From the IMG/VR virus record IMGVR_UViG_3300042893_000829: a DNA stretch of 64,000 bases. The stretch is one strand, 5' to 3'. Source of the stretch: an uncultured virus (IMG/VR IMGVR_UViG_3300042893_000829). Lineage: Duplodnaviria; Heunggongvirae; Uroviricota; Caudoviricetes. The translations under genes were made by a program, and so were the position numbers. Position 1 is the first letter of the stretch; each line of letters begins with the position of its first letter. The notes under the pieces were generated by a model. That model saw nothing but the letters and a program-made list of their open reading frames with translations. It searched no databases and was not told the DNA's origin. Of this stretch, positions 11,901 to 19,306 are shown in pieces.

Positions 11901-14367
11901 TTGTGCCGTCAGTACCTGAAGTCCCGTCTGTTCCGTTTGTTCCATCAGTACCGCTTGATCCATCAGTACCGTTAGTTCCTGAAGACCCATCGGTTCCATT
12001 TGTACCTGAAGTTCCATCTGTACCATTTGTGCCTGAACTACCATCTGTTCCATTTGTTCCACTTGTACCATCTGTTCCCGAACTACCATTTGTACCATCA
12101 GTACCGCTAGTCCCATCTGTACCTGAACTACCACTAGTTCCATCGGTTCCGCTAGATCCATTTGTTCCATCAGTACCTGAAGTACCATCTGTTCCATTTG
12201 TTCCGCTTGACCCATTAGTTCCGTCTGTACCACTAGTACCGTCTGTTCCGCTTGTACCATCGGTACCACTTGAACCATCCGTACCGTTAGTTCCTGAAGA
12301 TCCATCTGTTCCATTTGTACCTGAAGTTCCATCTGTACCACTTGTACCATCCGTACCACTAGTTCCATCTGTTCCATTAGTCCCTGAAGACCCATTAGTC
12401 CCGTCTGTTCCTGAAGATCCATTAGTACCATCCGTTCCGCTAGTTCCATCCGTACCACTTGTTCCATCTGTTCCTGAACTACCATTTGTTCCCGAAGTAC
12501 CATTTGTTCCGTTAGTTCCACTTGTACCATTTGTTCCGTTAGTACCTGACGTTCCATTTACTCCCGATATTCCACTTGTTCCGCTAGTTCCATTTGTTCC
12601 GCTCGTACCATTTGTACCGCTAGTACCATTTGTCCCGCTCGTACCATTAGTTCCGTTAGTACCATTTGTACCATTTGTACCGTTGGTCCCACTTGAACCA
12701 TTTGTTCCATTAGTCCCTGAAGACCCTGATGAACCATTTGTTCCATTAGTACCCGAAGTTCCATTAGTACCCGAAGTTCCATTAGTACCCGAAGTTCCAT
12801 TAGTTCCTGATGTCCCGTTGGTACCGCTTGAACCATTTGTTCCGTTAGTACCAGATGTTCCATTTGTCCCGTTAGTACCAGATGTTCCACTTGTTCCATT
12901 AGTCCCATTGGTTCCACTTGTACCATTTGTACCATTTGTACCATTAGTTCCTGAAGTCCCATTTGTACCTGACGTACCGTTCGCGCCTGAAGTTCCGTTT
13001 GTACCATTAGTACCCGAAGTTCCATTAGTACCCGAAGTTCCATTAGTACCCGAAGTTCCATTTGTCCCCGAAGTACCGTTTAATCCTGAAGTACCATTAG
13101 TTCCAGATGTGCCACTAATACCATTTGTTCCTGATGTTCCTGAGGTACCATTTGTTCCGTTGGTCCCAGAAGTTCCATCTGTACCATTAGTTCCTGAGGT
13201 TCCATTCGTTCCTGAAGTTCCATTTGTACCTGAAGTTCCATTTGTACCTGAAGACCCATCCGTACCATTTGTACCTGAAGACCCATCCGTACCATCCGTA
13301 CCATTTGTACCATTAGTACCTGAAGTTCCATTTACTCCAGATATCCCACTTGTTCCATTAGTTCCTGAAGTTCCATTAGTCCCACTTGTTCCATTCGTTC
13401 CTGACGTACCGTTGGTTCCACTTGATCCATTATCCCCCGATGTTCCAGATATACCACTTGTTCCAGATATACCACTTGTTCCGGATATACCACTTGTTCC
13501 GTCAGTTCCATTACTCCCAGATGTACCATTAGTTCCTGAAGTTCCATTTGCACCACTTGTCCCATCACTACCCGAACTACCATTAGTTCCTGAAGACCCT
13601 GCCGTTCCTGAACCACCACTTGTGCCCGAAGAACCATTCGTTCCGCTAGTACCGTTAGTACCTGAAGTACCATTAGTACCATTAGTCCCTGAAGTTCCGC
13701 TAGTTCCTGAACCACCACCCCCAGAGGTTATTCCAGTTATTATAATTGTTGATCCATCATTGTTATATAATTCTAAAGTACTACTACCTGAAAAATATGT
13801 TCCCCCAGTTAAACAACAACCAGGTTCCGGGAATACTTTCCAAACCGAATCATTTCTTGTAACACCATTTACACCTTCAATTGAATTGTCTAACCAAGCA
13901 TTAATAAATGCAACACCTTCAGGTGTGTTATTTCTAACTGTTGTACCATAGTCTGAAAATATTACGGTTCTACCTCCGGGACCTGTTGCTCCAGAGGCAT
14001 TTAAAAATAATGTATTGTAATTTTCTATATTGAATTGATAAACCGTATCTCCACTGTAAGCATATGCCAACATACCTAATCTTCTTCTACCTGAAGATAT
14101 ATTATCAGAATTAAGAACTATTGAGTCAAATGAAAATACCGAACCAGTTCCTTTATAATAATGTATAGGTATTGTATTTCCAATAAATTCAATATACCCT
14201 GTTTGACCTGAAGGTATTGTATATAATAAATCATTTGTGGTATATACTTCCATATAACCACCAATATTTAATACACTAAACGTTGTCCCAAACGGTTTAG
14301 TTCTCAATACGGATTGTGGTCCTAAAGAGACAATTGGGGTTATTGGGTTTCTATATACTTTTGACAT
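5938..14367 (-). CDS. Giant collagen-like (Gly-X-Y, mainly G-T-N/G-T-S/G-T-D) fibre protein, putative virion appendage
   Basis: 2809-aa ORF with Gly at every third residue over about 2000 aa in three main blocks. It has globular N- and C-terminal domains, and an internal WQGSWNLMSTYNINDVVQFAGSSYISL module resembles small carbohydrate-binding repeats of tail fibres. Confidence 0.85.
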   Translation of the reverse strand: MSKVYRNPITPIVSLGPQSVLRTKPFGTTFSVLNIGGYMEVYTTNDLLYTIPSGQTGYIEFIGNTIPIHYYKGTGSVFSFDSIVLNSDNISSGRRRLGMLAYAYSGDTVYQFNIENYNTLFLNASGATGPGGRTVIFSDYGTTVRNNTPEGVAFINAWLDNSIEGVNGVTRNDSVWKVFPEPGCCLTGGTYFSGSSTLELYNNDGSTIIITGITSGGGGSGTSGTSGTNGTNGTSGTNGTSGTNGSSGTSGGSGTAGSSGTNGSSGSDGTSGANGTSGTNGTSGSNGTDGTSGISGTSGISGTSGISGTSGDNGSSGTNGTSGTNGTSGTNGTSGTNGTSGISGVNGTSGTNGTNGTDGTDGSSGTNGTDGSSGTNGTSGTNGTSGTNGTSGTNGTDGTSGTNGTNGTSGTSGTNGISGTSGTNGTSGLNGTSGTNGTSGTNGTSGTNGTSGTNGTNGTSGANGTSGTNGTSGTNGTNGTNGTSGTNGTNGTSGTSGTNGTNGTSGTNGTNGSSGTNGTSGTNGTSGTNGTSGTNGTSGTNGTNGSSGSSGTNGTNGSSGTNGTNGTNGTNGTNGTSGTNGTSGTNGTSGTNGTSGTSGISGVNGTSGTNGTNGTSGTNGTNGTSGTNGSSGTDGTSGTDGTSGTDGTNGSSGTDGTNGSSGTNGTDGTSGTDGTSGTDGTSGTNGTDGSSGTNGTDGSSGTDGTSGTDGTSGTDGTNGSSGTNGTDGTSGTDGTNGSSGTDGTSGSSGTDGTSGTDGTNGSSGTDGTSGTNGTDGSSGTNGTDGTSGTNGTDGSSGTNGTDGSSGTDGTNGTDGTSGTDGTSGISGVNGTSGTSGTNGTDGTSGTDGTNGSSGTSGTNGTNGTSGTNGTNGTSGTNGTSGTNGTSGTNGTNGTSGTNGTNGTSGTNGTSGTNGTNGTSGTNGTNGTSGTNGTNGSSGTNGTNGTSGTNGTSGVNGESGTSGTSGTNGTNGTNGTSGTNGTSGVSGDSGSSGTNGTSGTNGTSGTNGTNGTNGTSGTNGTNGTSGTNGTSGTNGTSGTNGTSGVNGTSGTNGTSGVNGDSGSSGTNGTSGTSGTNGTSGTNGTNGTSGTNGTSGTNGTNGTSGTNGTNGTSGTNGTSGTNGTSGVNGDSGSSGTNGTSGTNGTSGTNGTNGTSGTNGTSGTNGTSGTNGTNGTSGTDGTSGTNGTSGTSGTNGTNGTSGTNGTNGTSGTNGTSGTSGTNGTNGTSGTNGTSGTNGTNGTSGTDGTSGTNGTNGTSGTNGSSGTNGTSGTNGTSGTNGTNGTNGTNGTSGTNGTSGVNGDSGSSGTNGTSGTNGTSGTNGTNGSSGTNGTSGVNGESGTSGTNGTSGTNGTSGTNGTNGTSGTNGTSGTNGTNGTSGTNGTSGTNGTNGTSGTNGTSGTNGTSGTNGTNGTSGTNGTSGTNGTSGTNGTSGTNGTNGTNGTSGTNGTNGTSGTNGTNGTSGTNGTSGTNGTSGTNGTNGTSGTNGTSGTNGTNGTSGTNGTSGTNGTNGTSGTNGTNGTSGTNGTNGTSGSSGSSGLSGVDGTDGTSGTNGTSGTNGTSGTNGTNGTSGTNGTNGTNGTSGTNGTNGTSGTNGTSGTNGTNGTSGTNGTSGTNGTNGTSGTNGTSGTNGTSGTNGTSGSSPTVPGSNDQILTSNGSGGIVAESLLTFDGTKLSVLYQAGDEGGEILLSKPVTNTTIAGAGVTFDVWQNRIRFFEQGGTARGAFLDITACAAGVGTNLLTSAGTSGTNGTSGTNGTSGTNGTNGTSGTNGTNGTNGTNGTSGTNGTNGTSGTNGTSGTSGTNGTSGTNGTNGTSGTNGTNGTSGTNGTNGTNGTSGTNGTNGTNGTSGTNGTSGTNGTSGTNGTNGTSGTNGTNGTSGTNGTSGTNGTSGTSGTNGTSGTNGTNGTNGTNGTNGTSGTNGTSGTNGTSGVNGDSGSSGTNGTSGTNGTNGTNGSSGTNGTSGTNGTNGTSGTNGTNGTSGTNGTNGTNGTNGTNGTSGTNGTNGTSGTNGTNGTSGTNGTNGTNGTSGTNGTSGTNGTNGTSGTNGTNGTNGTSGTNGTSGTNGTSGTNGTNGTNGTNGTSGTNGTNGTSGTNGTNGSSGTNGTNGTSGTNGTNGTNGTNGTSGTNGTSGTNGTNGSSGTNGTNGTSGTNGTSGTNGTNGTSGTNGTSGTNGTNGTSGTNGTNGTSGTNGTNGTSGTNGTSGTNGTNGTNGTSGTNGTSGISFNWQGSWNLMSTYNINDVVQFAGSSYISLINGNTGIPTPPFSGNWALMAQAGTSGTDGTSGTDGTSGNNGNPGKVGNDGSNSGRWFYDGTFPIPASPSSTTFLADTQIISTISAIAINIEDINTTNYYDWFDSLNTLISAGNKGYLQITELSNNSVIGIYEIGVITDNITYWEISLTFVTGSGSLTDTAEYTVSWVFNGLDGTSGTNGTNGTNGTNGTSGTNGTNGTNGTNGTNGTSGTNGTSGTNGSSGTNGSSGTNGTSGTNGTSGASVVINSNANNYLVTATGTANTLQGESGAIFDGTTLTLEKDSASPNISMTDRATNDPFVRFIPSTGTNSVAVGIDNTNQAFTISYGATAVLGSNNRMSIFTTGNIGINNFLQIGSSGAPTYPLDVTSGTRVTDGISARIINASSEGVLFSPYVSAGGYNNNSVLGDTAMVSTTGENLVIGANGSNAGFRFINTGNTTTTVGNLYSIGSSTKLGYDTGAGGTVTQLTSKSTGVTLSRPTGQIVMHSATLNADTTVSFTLTNTTIGATDIVVLQHTSVGTSASYNLNAFPSGGSAVISVRNVTTGNLGQAIVLSFAVIRAVTA
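6900..13715 (-). repeat. 9-bp-period coding tandem repeat (GGN-ACN-AAY/TCN/AGY/GAY) in blocks at about 9460-13715, 7715-9145 and 6900-7110
   Basis: Directly visible 9-nt periodicity (e.g. gtaccatta / gttccattt / gtacctgaa on the + strand) with heavy synonymous variation. Confidence 0.95.
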
Positions 14368-14379
14368 ATCTTTTTTTAA

Positions 14380-15303
14380 TTATGATGAAACTGTGTTTCC
14401 TTTAAAATAAATATTTTCATTATTCGTTAATTTAAATTCAGAACTTGGGTATGATGTATAAACTCTATATGTTGTTTGGAAAATTGTTGATCCAGTATAC
14501 GTAAATGTGTTTGAATTAATAGTTGATTCCATATATATTGGTGTAAATATATTTGGGCTACCATTAGAACTTAAATCAATTATTATTTGTTTTTGGTTAT
14601 TTGTTAAACTAATTGGGATTACCCAGGTGTACCAAGAATCTCCAGGTATTGTGAATTCAGGAATTTCAGTTGTTGTAAAATTGTATGCAACAATATTATT
14701 ACCAAATGAATCTAAACCTCCACTTACTTGAGGTACAGATTTATTTATTATATGTGGGAACTCTCCAGATGTCCAACCACTAAATCCAACATATCTGTTA
14801 AGTTCTGTATTAAATATTGTTTGATTTTGTGTTGGTTGACTATTATTACTAAAACCATAGAAATCAAAACCACCATCATACATCCATTGACCCATTAACG
14901 TTCCTCCACTTATTGGTTCAATAAACAAGTAAGCCAAGTAAACAGGGGTTGGTGTAGGTGTAGGAGTAACTCCAGGTGTTGGAGTAGGTGTATTTGTTGG
15001 AGTAGGTGTTGGAGTAGGTGTTGGTGTTCTGGTAGGCGTATTTGTTGGTGTTATTGTTGGTGTTGGAGTATTAGTTGGTATTGGTCTTAATACGTTTAGA
15101 ATATTTGGACAATCAGAACCTAAAATTAAAATAGTATATGTTCCGTAAACTTCTCTTTCCGGTATTAATAAATTTGGTTGAAAAATAAACGGTAGAGTTA
15201 CATCACCCAAATTAATGGTAATGTTATCATTATCCGGTTTAAATAAAATATTCGCTATTTCACCGTCAAAATTTATACTTTGTATTGTTATTATTTGACT
15301 CAT
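14380..15303 (-). CDS. Hypothetical structural protein with Pro-Thr (PT) repeat linker
   Basis: About 45-aa PTNTPTPT... tract followed by a beta-rich domain. The gene ends 12 nt before the start of the giant fibre gene and is preceded by GTATTTATA. Confidence 0.7.
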   Translation of the reverse strand: MSQIITIQSINFDGEIANILFKPDNDNITINLGDVTLPFIFQPNLLIPEREVYGTYTILILGSDCPNILNVLRPIPTNTPTPTITPTNTPTRTPTPTPTPTPTNTPTPTPGVTPTPTPTPVYLAYLFIEPISGGTLMGQWMYDGGFDFYGFSNNSQPTQNQTIFNTELNRYVGFSGWTSGEFPHIINKSVPQVSGGLDSFGNNIVAYNFTTTEIPEFTIPGDSWYTWVIPISLTNNQKQIIIDLSSNGSPNIFTPIYMESTINSNTFTYTGSTIFQTTYRVYTSYPSSEFKLTNNENIYFKGNTVSS

Positions 15304-15334
15304 CGTATTTATTTCTATAAATACAATGAACAGG

Positions 15335-15775
15335 TCATTTTTTCACCTTAATAAAATTATACCACAATCTTTCGTGAGCAAAATATATAAATGGTTTTAA
15401 CACTAACTCACTAACCCCAAGTAATGTTGAGACCCCTATTGATGCCCCTAATGAATACGCAACCCCGACGGTAGTTAAAGTACCTAAAAACCTATAGGTA
15501 ATTGTTTTAAGTATATGTCTAACTAAAACAGATTCTTCTTTAATTGTTTTAATATATGCAATATTATTTTTAATTTTACAGTGACCAACACAACTAATAT
15601 GCCATTTATATTCATTTATTTCTGGCAACCAATCTTTTGTGGTATAAGTATTACCATCAATAATAATATCTGAAACTAATATTTCATTTCCATTTTCAAT
15701 CAATCTCCACCTATTATCTTTGGTTTCGGAAACTGTATTAAATCTAATTTGGTAAGTTTTACTTTGTGTTTTCAT
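15335..15775 (-). CDS. DUF2061-domain membrane protein with an extra N-terminal domain
   Basis: C-terminal RHILKTITYRFLGTLTT...FIYFAHERLW pattern recognised as DUF2061. Confidence 0.7.
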   Translation of the reverse strand: MKTQSKTYQIRFNTVSETKDNRWRLIENGNEILVSDIIIDGNTYTTKDWLPEINEYKWHISCVGHCKIKNNIAYIKTIKEESVLVRHILKTITYRFLGTLTTVGVAYSLGASIGVSTLLGVSELVLKPFIYFAHERLWYNFIKVKK

Positions 15776-16223
15776 CCGTCAAATAATTAATTATATCTTC
15801 TTGTATTGATTCGTCAACCATAAATTTCCATTTATCATCTTCTTTTGATATTGAGTTTCTAATACCTGTTGCGGAAATAAAACCAATATTATCTGGAGGA
15901 GTAAATTCATTTATTTCATACCCAACACCTCTACCGTAATTAACAGATTCAATATCTGGAATAACAATAACCTTAACATTATCACCTTTTGATTTGTGAT
16001 ATTTCTCAATCATTGTAACGGTTTGTTCTGTTGTAAATGGATTTTTATCATCAGGTTCAATATCTCTAACCATAATAAGGGCCGGAATACCTTGATTTAA
16101 TTTTTGTTGTATTAACTCTATATGACCATAATGATATGGTTGGAAACGGCCTATAAAGATTGCATATTTCTTACTTTCATTCGTTGTAGGATTTCCTCCA
16201 TGATTTTTAACTTCCCAGGTCAT
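15759..16223 (-). CDS. HxGH (cytidylyltransferase-like) nucleotidyltransferase; candidate minimal ATP sulfurylase
   Basis: GRFQPYHYGH and C-terminal ISATGIR motifs. Its start overlaps the cysC stop (ATGA). Confidence 0.75.
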   Translation of the reverse strand: MTWEVKNHGGNPTTNESKKYAIFIGRFQPYHYGHIELIQQKLNQGIPALIMVRDIEPDDKNPFTTEQTVTMIEKYHKSKGDNVKVIVIPDIESVNYGRGVGYEINEFTPPDNIGFISATGIRNSISKEDDKWKFMVDESIQEDIINYLTDENTK

Positions 16224-16669
16224 AAATTTTCAATTATTTTGTTTAAAGATATTTGAGGGTCAACATTTGTGGTATCAATGTCAATAAAGTTTTCTGTTGG
16301 TTGTTCATATTCGTCAGTATGAAAATGTTCTCTACCTCTAATGTCTGTAGTATGAACATAAAACTCTACAAGTAAATCACCTAAATCGTACTTAAAACTT
16401 TCTCTAAGTTCTTTATATGGAGCAACTAAACTAACGATAACAGTATGTCCTTGGGCTAAGATAAATTTTGCAATGTCTTGAGCTCTTTTAATATTTTCCT
16501 CACGACCTTCTCTACCATATTTTTGGTTGTTAAATAACGATCTAAGTTCATCCCCATCAATATGAAAAACTTTATTTTTATCTTCTAAAACCGTTTTTAA
16601 CATTAAAGACAAAACTGTCTTTCCTGCCCCAGGTTGACCAGTAAACCAATATATTTTATTATCTCTCAT
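16220..16669 (-). CDS. cysC: Adenylyl-sulfate (APS) kinase
   Basis: IYWFTGQPGAGKT P-loop, IDGDELR, REENIKR, VSLVAPY and YEQP motifs. ATG at 16669. Confidence 0.9.
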   Translation of the reverse strand: MRDNKIYWFTGQPGAGKTVLSLMLKTVLEDKNKVFHIDGDELRSLFNNQKYGREGREENIKRAQDIAKFILAQGHTVIVSLVAPYKELRESFKYDLGDLLVEFYVHTTDIRGREHFHTDEYEQPTENFIDIDTTNVDPQISLNKIIENL

Positions 16670-16671
16670 AA

Positions 16672-17490
16672 TCAAAAATATCCAAATTGGTCATAAAACC
16701 ATTGGTAATTACTTTTAATCCAGTTTGAGGCATTAACACCCAAAACTTCTTTATAATCACTTTTAATAGGTTCTATTTTACTTTTTATTGTATGGTCACC
16801 GTATACCCCATAAACCTCATCATCTTCTTGAGTTATTTGTTCCACATTATTAAAGTCGTGTTCAAAATATGGAAGTTCTAAATAATTGTATATTCTTTGC
16901 ATCTCCTTTTTTGGGTTTGATGTAAAGTCCTCAAATTTTACAAACAAAACATTTTGGTTAATACCCTCTTTAAACATTTGATATAACCTTTCTAATGACA
17001 TACCAACAGGTTGTGACTGAGCCCAAATATCAATCCTTTTTTCTGTTGTGGTTCCTTTCATTTGTGAGTGGTCAACCAAACCAGAATCCTTATGTTGGTT
17101 TTTTCTAAAGTTTTTCTCCATTGAAGAGAATATTCCTCTTAAATCTCTAACCATACAAATAATTTTTGGATTTGGATAGAATGAATTTAAAAACCCATAA
17201 TGTACTCCCCACCCTCTACTTTTATCTAAAACGTAAGGTTTATCGGTTACACCATTAAAAAATCCTAACATACCCTGATTACAGAAATTTAAAAACCCAC
17301 TCTTCATTAATTCAGGGTCTTGAGCTTTAAATTCTGGAGATGTGGAATAGTTTGATCTTGATGCGTAAACTAATTCTAAAACACCAGATGTTGGTGTTAC
17401 ATAAAAATCGGGATTCTGACCCATTACGTTTTGTAGTAGTGTTGATCCAGCTCTTGGTAATGAGCTTTGAAAAAATATCTTTTGTACCAT
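16672..17490 (-). CDS. PAPS-dependent sulfotransferase
   Basis: 5'-PSB loop SLPRAGSTLL, DKSRGW, KIICMVRD..S (3'-PB), VKFEDF..NP...RIYNYL. Confidence 0.9.
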   Translation of the reverse strand: MVQKIFFQSSLPRAGSTLLQNVMGQNPDFYVTPTSGVLELVYASRSNYSTSPEFKAQDPELMKSGFLNFCNQGMLGFFNGVTDKPYVLDKSRGWGVHYGFLNSFYPNPKIICMVRDLRGIFSSMEKNFRKNQHKDSGLVDHSQMKGTTTEKRIDIWAQSQPVGMSLERLYQMFKEGINQNVLFVKFEDFTSNPKKEMQRIYNYLELPYFEHDFNNVEQITQEDDEVYGVYGDHTIKSKIEPIKSDYKEVLGVNASNWIKSNYQWFYDQFGYF

Positions 17491-17495
17491 AATTA

Positions 17496-18377
17496 TTATT
17501 TTAAACTTTCTATTATTTCATTTATGTCAAAAATGTTTGTATCAAACATAGGGCATTCGTGTACTGTACCATTAAAATTATAATCAAATAAATAACTATC
17601 TGGTAATTTAACGGTTGTGGGTAATGTTGCAATTATATTGTTATGTAAATTATAACCAAATACTATTGGTGATGTCCCTACCCATAAAACAGTTGATTGT
17701 AACCCCATTGCTGCCGATGCGTGTTGCAAACAAGAGTCAATTAATATTCTTTTTTGAGAATAGGCCAGTAAGGAAAATAATTCCATATTTGACATTGATT
17801 CAAAAAACGCCTCCACATTATTTAACACATTTGATTTATCTCTACATATTTGGATAATATGATAATATTTTGAGAAGTGGTCAACTAATTTCTGGGCAAC
17901 ATCATAAGGAATATCTCTAGTCCAAGAATATGGGAACGGTTGTTCTTGTAGTGGTCCTCCGTTTGTTTGAATAACCATTACTGGTTTATCTCTTGCCCAC
18001 TTATTCTGAGCTATTTGTTGTTGCCTTAAATTAAAAGAAAGGGATGGTTGTTCTCCATTATATTCTAATCCAAGTAACTTACACCAGTTAACAATTAGAG
18101 GTAATTTTTTATTAATATGGTCCGATGTAAAATATGGTTCGTGTTTAAAAATTAAACTTTCCTTATCTTTAATGTAATCATCATAAAAATAAGGTGTCAT
18201 ACCAACACGATAAACCCTATCAACATAATCCAAATTTAAAAACACTTCCGGATATGCACAAACTATTATTAGTTCTCTATCCGGATGATTATTTTTTATA
18301 CATTTTGCAACCGCGGTTGATAAAACATGTTTACCTAAACCACCCTCTACGTGAAATATACTATATTTTTTTTCCAT
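17496..18377 (-). CDS. GT9-like (GT-B) glycosyltransferase
   Basis: GGLGK N-terminal loop and ILIDSCLQHASAAMGLQSTVLWVGTSPIVFGY motif. Confidence 0.75.
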   Translation of the reverse strand: MEKKYSIFHVEGGLGKHVLSTAVAKCIKNNHPDRELIIVCAYPEVFLNLDYVDRVYRVGMTPYFYDDYIKDKESLIFKHEPYFTSDHINKKLPLIVNWCKLLGLEYNGEQPSLSFNLRQQQIAQNKWARDKPVMVIQTNGGPLQEQPFPYSWTRDIPYDVAQKLVDHFSKYYHIIQICRDKSNVLNNVEAFFESMSNMELFSLLAYSQKRILIDSCLQHASAAMGLQSTVLWVGTSPIVFGYNLHNNIIATLPTTVKLPDSYLFDYNFNGTVHECPMFDTNIFDINEIIESLK

Positions 18378-18397
18378 AATTTTATTATATAAATTAA

Positions 18398-19306
18398 TTA
18401 ACTATTAGTAAAGTTAATTACTTGGTTTATTTTATTAATAACCATTTCTGGTGTTATACTCCTATGACATTCATTTTCTCTTTCAGTGTTTAAAAATATT
18501 GGACAACTACTTTTAATGTTTGGAAACATATTAAAACATCCGTTACATACATAAGGATTTTCAACTCTAAAACATTCAAACTCGTTTTGTTTTTTAGTGA
18601 AGTTTGATATCATAACAACAGGAACTCCATACGCCCACGCCAACCAAGATAACCCAGAAGATAAACCAATAAAAAATCTTGATTCTAAAATATGATTTAA
18701 TGAAACATTTATATCGTTGTTTCCGTGAAATCCTTTTGCGTTTTGTAAATTTAATGTATTTTCATACGAAACATTATAAACATCAAAATTACTATTAACC
18801 AATTCATTTATGATTGTTTGCCAACCATCCTTATATTCCCATTTTGATATTTCCTTTATTGTTTCAGGACCCATCGTTATTTTATTTTTATTTATGATTC
18901 TTTGTTTGGGTATTACTGGACATTTACCTGGTTTTGTTTCTTGAGGTAAGAACATTGTATCTTTTGCAGCATAAAACATTCCACCAAGAGTATGGGACAT
19001 ATTATCTTTATGGTACCCAACATCAATTAACTTATCTATCTCAATAGATTTAGATTGATTTGCGTTTATAAACTCATACTTTGGATTTGTTGACTTTAGT
19101 AAGTGGGGGAAGAATGTTGATATATAAACTTTTTTTGGTTTATGATATTCCATAAACGGGTCTATAAGGGATGAAAAACATATCGTATCTCCCAAACAAA
19201 AAGAATCAAAATGTAATAAAAGTTCTTTATCTTTAAAATTAGATAAATTAGGATCTCTTTCAGTATATTTTAATAGTTCTGAATTATCGTAATGTCTTTT
19301 AACCAT
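18398..19306 (-). CDS. Aah/TibC-type autotransporter O-heptosyltransferase-like protein
   Basis: CLGDTICF, FFIGLSSGLSWLAWAYGVPVVMISNFT and RVENPYVCNGCFN...CP...NECHRSITPEMV. It is paralogous to the middle of the 1383-5858 protein. Confidence 0.8.
   Translation of the reverse strand: MVKRHYDNSELLKYTERDPNLSNFKDKELLLHFDSFCLGDTICFSSLIDPFMEYHKPKKVYISTFFPHLLKSTNPKYEFINANQSKSIEIDKLIDVGYHKDNMSHTLGGMFYAAKDTMFLPQETKPGKCPVIPKQRIINKNKITMGPETIKEISKWEYKDGWQTIINELVNSNFDVYNVSYENTLNLQNAKGFHGNNDINVSLNHILESRFFIGLSSGLSWLAWAYGVPVVMISNFTKKQNEFECFRVENPYVCNGCFNMFPNIKSSCPIFLNTERENECHRSITPEMVINKINQVINFTNS

Noticed and set aside
6900..13715. Possible CRISPR array or non-coding satellite
   Set aside because: The period is 9 nt with synonymous variation inside one open frame. 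There is no repeat-spacer structure and no cas gene.
6894..13718. Many - strand MEL/MVL/QEQ-rich ORFs
   Set aside because: They are alternative-frame readings of the same repeat, broken by scattered stops.
6872..13951. Very long + strand ORFs of VP(L/F/E/D) repeats (1493, 556 and 119 aa)
   Set aside because: They are antisense shadows of the G-T-X repeat, whose reverse complement lacks stops in that frame. They have no independent start context or domain.
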